Below, in pieces: positions 10,079 to 19,761 of a stretch of 64,000 bases of DNA (positions are counted from its first letter, which is position 1; every line of letters starts with the position of its first letter). A model generated the notes under the pieces. That model was not told the origin of the DNA and ran no database searches. It saw only the letters and a program-made list of their open reading frames with translations. Origin of the DNA: an uncultured Mollicutes bacterium. Lineage in GTDB: Bacteria; Bacillota_I; Bacilli_A; RF39; UBA660. The stretch spans positions 4,914 to 68,913 of the forward strand of contig CANTCS010000003.1 of NCBI GenBank assembly GCA_947652375.1. Direction: 5' to 3'. A program made the translations under genes and the position numbers.

Positions 10079-10315
10079 ATGAATTATGAATTTACATCTA
10101 TCGATGAGTTGTTTGATAGAGTAAAACCAGCACTTCACGCAAAAGAAGTTGAATTCTTACGATTAGGATATAAAAATGTAAAATATATTGATATTTGGAA
10201 GTATTTAATTGAAAGTAAGTGGAGATATGGAAAAAATTTGATGCTCTCGGAAATAGTTAATGATATCTTGCATGCAGATATAAAAAAAATTAATGAGTAT
10301 TTAAAGAATATATAG
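10079..10315 (+). CDS. comN: post-transcriptional regulator ComN/YrzD-like
   Basis: Small ORF directly upstream of secDF, as in Bacillus. Sequence FDRVKPALHAKEVEFLRLGY...IWKYL. ATG 10079 has better RBS spacing than track start 10067. Confidence 0.6.
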   Translation: MNYEFTSIDELFDRVKPALHAKEVEFLRLGYKNVKYIDIWKYLIESKWRYGKNLMLSEIVNDILHADIKKINEYLKNI

Positions 10316-10362
10316 AAGAACATGTTTTTTATGATAAAATAAATATTTAGAGGTGAGGTAAA

Positions 10363-12639
10363 ATGAAAAAGAAAAAAGATAAGAAGAAAAAAGTTATTAT
10401 TACTTCTGGCTTTTTAGGCTTGTTAGTGATTTTAATTTGTTTTTTATTTATTCCATTATTTAATGATTTAAAATTTGGTCTTGATTTACAAGGTGGTTTC
10501 GAAATATTTTATAAGGCTGAATCTGTTGATGGTTCAAAAATGACTAGTGAAAAATTAACAGCAACATATAAAACATTAAGTAAAAGAATTGATAGTTTAG
10601 GGGTTAGTGAGCCAGAGATTATTATAGAAGGTAATGACAAAATACGTGTTAAGCTTGCAGGTGTTAAAAATCCTGAAGAGGCAAGAAGTCAATTATCTAC
10701 AGTAGCAACTTTATCTTTTAGGGATACTAATAATAAGTTATTAATGTCTAGTGATGTTTTAAAAGCTGGAGGAGCTAAAGTTAGTCAAGATTCTGCAGGA
10801 AATCCAGCGGTATTATTGACTGTTAAAGATAAAGATAAATTTTTTGAAGTAACAAGTAAAATAAGTAGTCAGGAGAATAATCAAATTGTAATATGGTTAG
10901 ATTATAACCCTTTACGAGATAGTTATGAAAAAGAGAAAACACAATGTGGAACTAGTGGTTCTAATTGTCTTAGTGCAGCAAGTGTTTCACAAGGTTTTGC
11001 AAGTGATGTAATTATTCAAGGTAATTTTACACAAGATGAAGTTAATAATTTAGTTGATTTAATTAATAGTGGATCTCTTCCAAGTAAATTGTCAGAAATA
11101 TCATCTAATACTGTGGGAGCATCTTTTGGTGATCAAACATTAAAAACAACTTTGATAGCTGGAATTATTGCGATAGTTGGAATTATGGTTATTTTAATTT
11201 TTATTTATCATTTTACAGGCTTTATTTCAGCAGTATCAATGATGATTTATACTTTTTTAGTATTTTTAGTTTTCTGGTTAGTAGGTGGTGTTTTAACACT
11301 TCCAGGAATTGCAGCTTTAGTTTTAGGTATAGGTATGGCGGTTGATTCTAATGTCATAACATTTGCTAGAATTAGAGAAGAATTACTAAAAGGAAAAAGC
11401 TTGCCTAGTGCATTTAAAGAAGGATCTAAATCTAGTTTTAGTGCAATTATGGATTCAAATATTACGACAATTATTGTTGCGCTTATTATGTTTATATTAG
11501 GTGAATCAAGTATTAAAGGTTTTGCAACAATGTTAATTATTACAATAATAGTTACAATGATAACTATGGTATTTTTAACTAGAATTTTATTAAATTTATT
11601 TGTTAAAACAGAATTTTTTAATGATAAAATTAATTTATTTATAAATATTAATAAAAATGACATTCCAGATGTGAGTAAAAATGAAGAAGCTAAGCCAAAT
11701 AAGTTTAATAAAGTTAATTTTTTAAAAAATAAAAAAGTTTGTATTGGACTTTCGGTTTTTATAATAGTTTTGGGAGTAATATTTATAGGAGTAAAAGGAT
11801 TAAATCTTGGAATTGATTATAAAGCAGGAACAGAAATTACAATTGTTAGTGAAAATAAAATAAATAAGACTAAAATAGAAAAAGATTTAAAAGATATTAA
11901 TCTTATTAGTAATAAAATTAATATTTCAGAAAATGAGGTTAGTGTCATTATAGATGAAGCACTTAACGGAAATGAAGTTAAAGAAGTAAATCAATATTTT
12001 GAAGATAAATATGAGGCAAAAGTAAATATTGGAGTTGTTTCTAATATTGTTCAAAAAGAACTTATAAAAAATGCTATTTTAGCAGTTTTGATAGCACTTA
12101 TTGGAATTATTGTTTATGTTTCATTAAGATTTAGATTTAGTTATGCTTTAGGTGGTGTTATTGCTCTTATCCATGATGTTTTAATTATATTTAGTTTATT
12201 TGCAATATTTAGATTAGAAGTTAACTCTATGTTTATAGCTGCCATTCTTGCAATTATTGGATATTCTATTAATGATACTATTGTTTCATTTGATAGAATT
12301 CGTGAGAATTTATCCAAATATGATTGGAAAAAAGTAACTTATGAAAAATTTGAAAATATATGTAATTTAAGTATTCAAGAAACTTTTACAAGAACATTAT
12401 ATACTACAATAACTACTTTGTTACCTGTTGTGATACTTCTGTTGTTGGGGTCAAAAGAAATATTTACATTTAATATGGCTATGCTATTTGGTCTTATTGC
12501 AGGTACATATTCTTCAATTTTTATTGCTACTATTGTATTTATTAAAATTGAGAAAAAAAATATAGGTAAAAATTTAAAAATAAAAAAAGAATATAAAGAT
12601 GATTTAACTGAAAAAAGTATTAAAGGTATAAATTGTTAG
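10363..12639 (+). CDS. secDF: fused protein-export membrane protein SecDF
   Basis: 758 aa. LGLDLQGGF at the N-terminus, two six-TM SecD/SecF halves, IALIHDVLI and INDTIVSFDRIRE motifs. Confidence 0.9.
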   Translation: MKKKKDKKKKVIITSGFLGLLVILICFLFIPLFNDLKFGLDLQGGFEIFYKAESVDGSKMTSEKLTATYKTLSKRIDSLGVSEPEIIIEGNDKIRVKLAGVKNPEEARSQLSTVATLSFRDTNNKLLMSSDVLKAGGAKVSQDSAGNPAVLLTVKDKDKFFEVTSKISSQENNQIVIWLDYNPLRDSYEKEKTQCGTSGSNCLSAASVSQGFASDVIIQGNFTQDEVNNLVDLINSGSLPSKLSEISSNTVGASFGDQTLKTTLIAGIIAIVGIMVILIFIYHFTGFISAVSMMIYTFLVFLVFWLVGGVLTLPGIAALVLGIGMAVDSNVITFARIREELLKGKSLPSAFKEGSKSSFSAIMDSNITTIIVALIMFILGESSIKGFATMLIITIIVTMITMVFLTRILLNLFVKTEFFNDKINLFININKNDIPDVSKNEEAKPNKFNKVNFLKNKKVCIGLSVFIIVLGVIFIGVKGLNLGIDYKAGTEITIVSENKINKTKIEKDLKDINLISNKINISENEVSVIIDEALNGNEVKEVNQYFEDKYEAKVNIGVVSNIVQKELIKNAILAVLIALIGIIVYVSLRFRFSYALGGVIALIHDVLIIFSLFAIFRLEVNSMFIAAILAIIGYSINDTIVSFDRIRENLSKYDWKKVTYEKFENICNLSIQETFTRTLYTTITTLLPVVILLLLGSKEIFTFNMAMLFGLIAGTYSSIFIATIVFIKIEKKNIGKNLKIKKEYKDDLTEKSIKGINC

Positions 12640-12649
12640 TTGAGGGGAG

Positions 12650-14809
12650 TTGAGTTCTTTGTCAAAAAATAGAGATGATATTAAGTTTGAAGATATCTTA
12701 GAAAAAGTGAATAAATATATAGACGATGAAGAACAAATTAAAGTTATAAAAAAAGCTTATGAATTTGCTAGAGAAAAACATGATGGTCAATATAGAAAAA
12801 GTGGAGAGGCTTACATTTATCATCCGATGAATGTAGCCTTAATTCTTACTACAGTTTGTGCTGACTATGAAACAATTTCAGCAGGATTTCTTCATGACGT
12901 TTTAGAAGATTGTGATTGTTCTACTGAAGAGATGGAGGAATATTTTGGTAAAAGCATTACTAAACTTGTTCAAGGTGTAACGAAACTTTCTAAAATTCAT
13001 TTTTCTACTGAAAATGAATATTTAATTGATTATTATAAGAAAATTATTGTTGGAATGAGCGAAGATGTTAGAGTTATAATAATTAAGCTTTGTGATAGAT
13101 TGCATAATATGCGAACTTTGTGGGCGATCCCTGAGGATAGACAAAAGGTAAAGGCTCATGAAGCACTTGATATTTTAGCGCCTATTGCTCATCATTTAGG
13201 AATTCATAAGATTAAAAGTGAATTAGAAGATCTTTCTCTTAGATATTTGAAACCAGATGTTTTTTATGATATTGCTGAAAAATTAAATAAAACAAAAATT
13301 GAACGAGATAAAACTGTTTATGATATGCAAAAAGAAGTTACTGATTTATTAATTGAATATCATATTCCTCATGAAATAAAAGGAAGAGCTAAAAGTATTT
13401 ATAGTATTTATAATAAACTTGATAAAGGTAAGAAATTTAGTGATATCTACGATTTATTAGCACTTAGAATATTAGTTAAAACAGAACAAGAATGTTACTT
13501 AGCGTTAGGTTTAATTCATTCTAAATTTAGACCTTTACCAAAAAGATTTAAAGATTATGTCGCTATGCCTAAACCTAATATGTATCAATCACTTCATACT
13601 ACGGTTTTTGGAATAGATGGGTATTTGTTTGAAATTCAAATACGTACATATGAGATGGATGAAGTTGCGGAAAATGGTATAGCTAGTCATTGGTCTTATA
13701 AAGAAAATGGCAGTAAAATAACTGCCAATATTCAAACTACTACAGAACAAAAATTACAATTTTTTAAATCAATTATTGATTTAAGTCATGACAAAATGAG
13801 TAGTGAAGAATTTGTTAATAGTGTTAGAGATGAGGTATTAAATAATAATATTTATTGTTTTACTCCTAAGGGAGATGTAATTGAATTACCAAAGGGAGCA
13901 ACACCAATCGATTTTGCTTATAAAATTCATACAAAAGTTGGTGAAACAACAGTTGGAGCAATAGTTAATAATAATATTGTACCTTTAAGTTATGAATTAC
14001 AGGATAATGATATAGTCAAAATTAATACTAGTAAAAATTCTACTCCATCTAAAGAATGGATTAATATTGTAAAAGCTACGGCGACAAAAAATAAGATAAA
14101 AAGTTTCTTTACAAAAAATGAAAGAGAAATTTATATTGAACGTGGTAAATATATTTTAGAAAAAGAATTGCGGAAACAAAAAATTGGTTTTAATGAGTTC
14201 ATTAATGAAACTAATATTTTTACTATTTGTCAAGATACTAAGCTTGATGATTTAGAGGATATTTATTTAAATATAGGAAATGGAAAATTTACTGGTAATG
14301 GGATTATTAATATAATTAATAAACAAGATGATGATGTAACTCCTAAAATAGTCAAAATTGCCGATAAAGATATTGATGCAGATATCATTGTAAGTGGCAT
14401 TGATAAAGTTAAAGTTAATCTTGCTAATTGTTGTAATCCTGTTTTTGGAGATCCGATAGTTGGCTATATTTCGAAAGGGAATGGTATTAAAGTCCATCGT
14501 CTACATTGTCATAATTTGGAAATGCTAGAGGATAGAACTCTTGATGTTAAATGGAATACTAATATTAATAAGCGGTATATGACATCTCTTTTAATACATA
14601 CTAATGATTCAAATAATCATATGCTAGATTTAATTAAATTAATTTCTTCAATAAATGTTAATGTTGATGGAATTAAAACAATGGGAAAGGCTGAAAAAAT
14701 AATATATGAAGTTGAGTGTTATGTTACAGGATTAGAACAGTTAAATAAACTCATTTTATCTATTAATAACTATGAATATGTTGAAAAAGTTGAAAGGACT
14801 ATGAGATGA
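12650..14809 (+). CDS. relA: bifunctional (p)ppGpp synthetase/hydrolase Rel
   Basis: TTG start with GAGGGGA RBS. HD hydrolase domain (YIYHPMNVA, LHDVLED), synthetase domain (YDLLALRILV, MYQSLHTTV), and TGS and ACT-like C-terminal domains. Confidence 0.9.
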   Translation: MSSLSKNRDDIKFEDILEKVNKYIDDEEQIKVIKKAYEFAREKHDGQYRKSGEAYIYHPMNVALILTTVCADYETISAGFLHDVLEDCDCSTEEMEEYFGKSITKLVQGVTKLSKIHFSTENEYLIDYYKKIIVGMSEDVRVIIIKLCDRLHNMRTLWAIPEDRQKVKAHEALDILAPIAHHLGIHKIKSELEDLSLRYLKPDVFYDIAEKLNKTKIERDKTVYDMQKEVTDLLIEYHIPHEIKGRAKSIYSIYNKLDKGKKFSDIYDLLALRILVKTEQECYLALGLIHSKFRPLPKRFKDYVAMPKPNMYQSLHTTVFGIDGYLFEIQIRTYEMDEVAENGIASHWSYKENGSKITANIQTTTEQKLQFFKSIIDLSHDKMSSEEFVNSVRDEVLNNNIYCFTPKGDVIELPKGATPIDFAYKIHTKVGETTVGAIVNNNIVPLSYELQDNDIVKINTSKNSTPSKEWINIVKATATKNKIKSFFTKNEREIYIERGKYILEKELRKQKIGFNEFINETNIFTICQDTKLDDLEDIYLNIGNGKFTGNGIINIINKQDDDVTPKIVKIADKDIDADIIVSGIDKVKVNLANCCNPVFGDPIVGYISKGNGIKVHRLHCHNLEMLEDRTLDVKWNTNINKRYMTSLLIHTNDSNNHMLDLIKLISSINVNVDGIKTMGKAEKIIYEVECYVTGLEQLNKLILSINNYEYVEKVERTMR

Positions 14810-15240
14810 GAGTCTTAGTACAAAGAAGTGGGAATGCCAGTGTTAGTGTTGATAACAGAATTGTAGGTAGTATAAATGATGGATTAGTTCTTCTAGTTGG
14901 TTTCACTGAAGGTGATAATATTGAAAAAATCCAAAACATGGTAAAAAAAATTATTAATCTTCGAATATTTCCAGATGAAGCCGATGTTATGAATAAAAAC
15001 ATTATGGACTTTGGAGGAAGTATCTTATCTATTTCCCAGTTTACCTTATATGGTGATGCAGCAAAAGGAAATAGACCTAGTTATATAAAAGCATTAAAAA
15101 ATGATGAAGCAGTTAAGTTATATCAATTATTTAATGAAGAACTTTCAAAACATATAAAAGTCGAAACAGGAATATTTGGAGCAGATATGATAGTAAATAT
15201 ATCTAATATTGGTCCAACAACAATTATGTTAGAAAAATAA
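14806..15240 (+). CDS. dtd: D-aminoacyl-tRNA deacylase
   Basis: MRVLVQR..., SQFTLYGD..KGNRPSY. ATGA overlap with the rel stop. Confidence 0.9.
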   Translation: MRVLVQRSGNASVSVDNRIVGSINDGLVLLVGFTEGDNIEKIQNMVKKIINLRIFPDEADVMNKNIMDFGGSILSISQFTLYGDAAKGNRPSYIKALKNDEAVKLYQLFNEELSKHIKVETGIFGADMIVNISNIGPTTIMLEK

Positions 15241-15247
15241 ATTTAGA

Positions 15248-15276
15248 TTGTTTAATTTAAATTTGTAAGGTATAAT
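15248..15276 (+). promoter_or_regulatory. sigma-A-type promoter of the hisS-aspS leader
   Basis: TTGTTT (15248-15253), 17-nt spacer, TATAAT (15271-15276). Confidence 0.5.
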
Positions 15277-15282
15277 AAGTTT

Positions 15283-15470
15283 ATCTTCTTAGGAAAGAGT
15301 AGTTTTATTTAATATTTTTAGAGAAAGTATGTTTGGTGTAAATACTTAATTTATATAAAATGAAGACATCCTAAAAAATAGAAGCGTGTAACTACGATAG
15401 AGGTTATTAAGAGTAAAAAAATAAGGTGGCACCACGGAGTAATTCGTCCTTAGAGGGTCATCTTTTTTAT
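15283..15470 (+). promoter_or_regulatory. T-box leader (tRNA-sensing transcription attenuator) controlling hisS-aspS
   Basis: Stem I elements AGAGA and AGTA, distal GGTGTAA. Specifier-loop context is GAA-GAC-A (GAC at 15365-15367). T-box core AAGGTGGCACCACGG at 15423-15437. AAGGTGGC can alternatively pair with GTCATCTT, which is followed by a T-run (15461-15468). Confidence 0.8.
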
Positions 15471-15501
15471 TTTAAAATAAACAATAAAATAGGAGGAATT
15501 T

Positions 15502-16878
15502 ATGATACAAAAACAAAAAGGATGTAATGATATTTTTGGAAGAGAAGCAAAAATATGGAAATATGTAGATACAATTATTGATACAATGATGGAAAAATAT
15601 AATTATAATTATATTCGTACTCCAATTATTGAAGCAACAGAATTATTCCACAGAGGAATTGGCGAAACTACTGATGTTGTGATTAAAGAAAGTTATGACT
15701 TTCAAGACAAAGGTGGTAGAAATATTTCTTTAAGACCTGAGGGAACAGCAGGAGTTGTTAGAAGTTATATAGAAAACAAAATGTTTGGTGACTCAAATCA
15801 ACCAGTTAAAGTATATTATAATGGGACAATGTATAGATATGAACGACCTCAAAGTGGAAGAGATAGAGAATTAACTCAATTTGGTATGGAAGTTTTAGGA
15901 AGTGATGATCCACTATCAGATGCAGAAGTTATCTCCTTAGCTGTAAATATTTATAAAATATTAGGTTTAAAAGAAATAAAAGTTAATATTAACTCTTTAG
16001 GAGATAATGAATCACGTACTAATTATCGAAATGCATTAATAGAATACTTCAAACCCCATATAAGTAATTTTTGTGAAGACTGTAGAGAAAGATTAGAAAA
16101 AAATCCATTACGAATTTTAGACTGCAAAGTAGATAAAGAAAATACTATTTTAAAAAACGCTCCAAAAACAATTGATTATTTGAATGAAGAAAGTCGTATT
16201 AGATTTAATAAAGTTCAAGAATATTTAGATATAATGCAAATTGATTACGAAATAAATCCAACTATTGTTAGAGGGCTTGACTATTATAATCATACAGTTT
16301 TTGAAATAGAAGCTAAAGTTGAAGGTTTTGGTTCTAATAATGTTTTAGGTGGTGGAGGACGTTATAATGGTCTTGTAAATCAATTAGATGGTCCAGATAC
16401 TCCATGCGTTGGCTTTGCTTGTGGTTTAGGTAGACTTGTAAAAGCACTTGAACTTGAAAAAGTAAAAATGCCTATCGTAGAAGATATAGATTTATTCTTA
16501 ATGTATGTAAATGAAGATGAGAAAAAATATGCTGCCTATCTTTCTCAAGAGCTAAGACTTGCTGGATTTATTGTTGATACAGAATATACTGGTAGAGCTC
16601 TAAAAGGACAATTTAAACAAGCAGATAGATTAAATGCTAAATTTACTTGTGTTTTAAATAGTGAAGATTTAAACAATAATGAAATAAAAATTAAAAATAA
16701 TGAAACTAAAACAGAAGAGATTATAAGTTTAGATGTTTTAATTTATTATTTAGATGAACAAATTTCTGCTTTAGAGGCTGATGATAATGAATGTGGTTGT
16801 GATACAAACCATTGTCATGATGAAAAACACGAATGCAGTGGAGAATGTGGTGGTAAATGTCATTGTCATGATGAGTAA
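15502..16878 (+). CDS. hisS: histidine--tRNA ligase with an extra 33-aa Cys/His-rich C-terminal tail
   Basis: Class II motifs RPEGTAGVVR, YRYERPQSGRDRE, GGGRYNGL. Tail is ADDNECGCDTNHCHDEKHECSGECGGKCHCHDE (nt 16777-16875). Confidence 0.9.
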   Translation: MIQKQKGCNDIFGREAKIWKYVDTIIDTMMEKYNYNYIRTPIIEATELFHRGIGETTDVVIKESYDFQDKGGRNISLRPEGTAGVVRSYIENKMFGDSNQPVKVYYNGTMYRYERPQSGRDRELTQFGMEVLGSDDPLSDAEVISLAVNIYKILGLKEIKVNINSLGDNESRTNYRNALIEYFKPHISNFCEDCRERLEKNPLRILDCKVDKENTILKNAPKTIDYLNEESRIRFNKVQEYLDIMQIDYEINPTIVRGLDYYNHTVFEIEAKVEGFGSNNVLGGGGRYNGLVNQLDGPDTPCVGFACGLGRLVKALELEKVKMPIVEDIDLFLMYVNEDEKKYAAYLSQELRLAGFIVDTEYTGRALKGQFKQADRLNAKFTCVLNSEDLNNNEIKIKNNETKTEEIISLDVLIYYLDEQISALEADDNECGCDTNHCHDEKHECSGECGGKCHCHDE

Positions 16879-16896
16879 AAGAAAGGATTTTAGAAT

Positions 16897-18216
16897 ATGA
16901 AAAGTATAAGCATTAATGAATTAAAAAACTATTTTAATCAAGAAATTACAATTAGTGGATTTGTTGATAATATCAGGAACTTACAATGGGTACAATTTAT
17001 AATTCTTAGAGATAATACTGGTAAAGTTCAAATTACTATTGAAAAAAGTGAAGAAAATAATAAAGAAATGGTAGAATTATTTGAAAAACTTCCACTTGAA
17101 AGTACTATTAAAGTAACTGGTAAAATATTAGACTCTCCTAAAGTAAAATTAAATGGTATGGAAATCATTCCAACTAATATTGAGGTTACAAGTAAAAGTG
17201 ATGAAGAACTACCTTTTAATTTTAAAGATTTAGATGGAGTTAATTTAGATACAAGATTAGATTATCGTTTTATTGATTTAAGAAATGATAAAAATAATTT
17301 TTTATTTCAAGTGCAATCAACACTTGTAAAATATATGAGAGAATATTTATATAATAATAATTTTACAGAAATTCATACACCAAAATTTATTGGAGCAGCA
17401 AGTGAATCGGGAGCTGATGTTTTTGAAGTTAAATATTTTGATAGAGTAGCTTATTTAGCACAAAGTCCTCAATTTTATAAGCAAATGGCTATGGCATCAG
17501 GACTTAATAAAATATTTGAAGTCGCTCCTTGCTTTAGAGCAGAAAATTCAAATACTAGTCGACATGCAACTGAGTTTACATCTTTTGATGTAGAATTCTC
17601 ATATATTGATAGTTACGAAGATGTCATGAATTTAGAAGCAGAAATGTTAGCGTATGCGATAGAAAAAACTAATGAAATCCATAAAGATAAAATAAAAGAA
17701 TTATTTAATATAGAATTAAAGGTCCCAAAACTTCCATTTCCAAGTATGAAACTTGCAGATATTTATGAAGAATTAGAGAATAGATATAACTATAAAGTAG
17801 CCGAAGAAGAAAAAAATGATTTAACTACTGAAGCAGAAAGACTTTGTTATAAACTATCACAAGAGAAATTTGGACATGATTTCTTATTTGTAACAGATTT
17901 TCCAGCAGAAAAAAGAGCTTTTTACCATATGAGAGATGAAGAAGGTCATTTAATGGGATATGATCTTTTATGGAGAGGAACAGAAATAACAACAGGAGCA
18001 GAAAGAGAACATAGATATGAAGAAATAGTTAAGAATGCCAAAGAAAAAGGTCTAGAAGAAGATGTTAAATTTTATTTAGAATTCTTTAAATATGGTTGTC
18101 CTCCACATGGTGGCTTTGCAATTGGAATTGATAGATTAACAATGTTATTATTAAATATTCCAAGTGTAAAAGAAACTCAATTCTTATTTAGAGGACCAAA
18201 TAGATTAAATCCATAA
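16897..18216 (+). CDS. aspS: aspartate--tRNA ligase, short archaeal/eukaryal-type (no GAD insertion domain)
   Basis: 439 aa. N-terminal OB fold, FRAENSNTSRHATEFTSFD, GGFAIGIDRL. This is about 150 aa shorter than bacterial-type AspRS. Confidence 0.85.
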   Translation: MKSISINELKNYFNQEITISGFVDNIRNLQWVQFIILRDNTGKVQITIEKSEENNKEMVELFEKLPLESTIKVTGKILDSPKVKLNGMEIIPTNIEVTSKSDEELPFNFKDLDGVNLDTRLDYRFIDLRNDKNNFLFQVQSTLVKYMREYLYNNNFTEIHTPKFIGAASESGADVFEVKYFDRVAYLAQSPQFYKQMAMASGLNKIFEVAPCFRAENSNTSRHATEFTSFDVEFSYIDSYEDVMNLEAEMLAYAIEKTNEIHKDKIKELFNIELKVPKLPFPSMKLADIYEELENRYNYKVAEEEKNDLTTEAERLCYKLSQEKFGHDFLFVTDFPAEKRAFYHMRDEEGHLMGYDLLWRGTEITTGAEREHRYEEIVKNAKEKGLEEDVKFYLEFFKYGCPPHGGFAIGIDRLTMLLLNIPSVKETQFLFRGPNRLNP

Positions 18217-18240
18217 AGTTACTTTTTTGTAACTTTTTTC
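18215..18240 (+). terminator. rho-independent terminator of hisS-aspS
   Basis: AAAGTTAC-tttttt-GTAACTTT followed by a T-run. Confidence 0.65.
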
Positions 18241-18302
18241 TTTTAGTTCTTTAATTAAAATAATTATTTTGATATACTATTATATAGTAAAGGTGGATAC
18301 TA

Positions 18303-18893
18303 ATGGCAAAACTTAAAAAGTTGAAATTGAAAGATATAAATCGAAATAGTGCTATAGAAAAAAAATATACGATAAATAAAATAAAAAGACAAGAATTAAA
18401 GTATACTATTTTTCTTGTGGTCTTTTTTATGCTAACTTTTTGTTTTATCGGTTATAAATTATTATTTATAAATCAAGATGATTTAGTTTTAAATGCTAAT
18501 AATAATTCAATTAAAAGTTTAGGGTTTTCTTCCTCAACAGTTTTATTAACTAAAGAAGATTTTTTTGATGATAAAGATTTTTTGAAATCGAAAAATTATC
18601 TTTTACAAATTGATAATTATAATAGAAATGATATAGAGTTCCAAGTTTTATTTAGAGAAGATTATGATGCTATAAAAAAATGTGGTTGTATTAATTCTAA
18701 TAATATTATTAAGTATAGTATTGACAATAAAACTACAAATTTTTTGGATAATAACAAAGTAATATTTAGAGGTAAAATAAAATCTAATAGTAGTAATGAG
18801 ATTCTAGTTAGAGTTTGGTTTAGTAAAGAAAATAAAATAAATGATGAACTTCATTTTCATGGAGAGTTTGAATTAGAACAAATAAAAGGCTAA
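18303..18893 (+). CDS. hypothetical N-terminally membrane-anchored protein (196 aa)
   Basis: K-rich N-terminus, one TM (IFLVVFFMLTFCFIGYKLLFI), then a polar beta-rich region containing NYLLQIDNYNRNDI. Confidence 0.5.
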   Translation: MAKLKKLKLKDINRNSAIEKKYTINKIKRQELKYTIFLVVFFMLTFCFIGYKLLFINQDDLVLNANNNSIKSLGFSSSTVLLTKEDFFDDKDFLKSKNYLLQIDNYNRNDIEFQVLFREDYDAIKKCGCINSNNIIKYSIDNKTTNFLDNNKVIFRGKIKSNSSNEILVRVWFSKENKINDELHFHGEFELEQIKG

Positions 18894-18905
18894 ATTAAGC
18901 CTTTT
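18884..18905. terminator. bidirectional hairpin between convergent genes
   Basis: AAAAGGCT-aaatta-AGCCTTTT overlaps both stop codons. Confidence 0.55.
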
Positions 18906-19668
18906 ATTCATTTAGAAAACTATTAATAATTTTATTTGTTAGATCTGGGTAGTTTAAATATGAAAAATGGTTACTATTTTTATAGACAATTATTTCAGAG
19001 TTTTTAATAAGTTTTTTTATAAGCAAACCATCTTTTAATGGTGTATCTGGATCATTTTCTCCCCATATTATTAATGTTTCAGTTTCTATATTTTTATAAT
19101 ATTTTCGTAAGTCTTCTTTTATAATATTTTGAAAAGTTTTTTTCATGGATAGAGGAATGTTTTTATAGTCAGCAGATGCAAAAAGTAATAATAGTTTTTG
19201 ACGAAATTTTTCTTGTTTTATTTTTGGCAATAAGTAGGTTAATTTTTTTAATATTTTATAAATTTTTTCTTTAAGAAAAATTTTTAATTTTTTTCTTCGT
19301 TTGATTCCTGCTACATCTATTAATATTATTTTTTTAAATTTTAGTTTATAAAATCCTTCAAGTATTGAAGTTATTCTTCCTCCAAATGAATGAGCTATAA
19401 TAATAGGTTTTTTTATATTAAGCTTTTTTAAAAATGAATTTATTATAAAAGCATAATCATAGATATTTAATTCTTTTTCTAATATTTTACTATTTCCAAA
19501 TCCAGGATAGTCAACTATATATATTGTATAATCTTGCTCTTTTAAATTATTGATAATATTATAGAATGTATTTCTGGTATTTCCCCATCCAGGGAGAATT
19601 AAAATATTATTATTTCCATCTCCATGTTTTTCATAATAGATGGAAATATTATTTGACTTAAAATACAT
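18904..19668 (-). CDS. alpha/beta-fold hydrolase
   Basis: ILILPGWGN, nucleophile elbow AHSFGG, C-terminal NSNHF histidine region. Confidence 0.7.
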   Translation of the reverse strand: MYFKSNNISIYYEKHGDGNNNILILPGWGNTRNTFYNIINNLKEQDYTIYIVDYPGFGNSKILEKELNIYDYAFIINSFLKKLNIKKPIIIAHSFGGRITSILEGFYKLKFKKIILIDVAGIKRRKKLKIFLKEKIYKILKKLTYLLPKIKQEKFRQKLLLLFASADYKNIPLSMKKTFQNIIKEDLRKYYKNIETETLIIWGENDPDTPLKDGLLIKKLIKNSEIIVYKNSNHFSYLNYPDLTNKIINSFLNE

Positions 19669-19726
19669 TTAATCACCTATATTATGGTATGATAATTGTA
19701 AAAAAGTGTTAAAAAAGTTAAAAGGC

Positions 19727-19755
19727 TTGTAACTAAATATCTTTCTTGTTATAAT
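19727..19755 (+). promoter_or_regulatory. sigma-A-type promoter of the structured RNA
   Basis: TTGTAA (19727-19732), 17-nt spacer, TATAAT (19750-19755). Confidence 0.55.
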
Positions 19756-19761
19756 AATATT

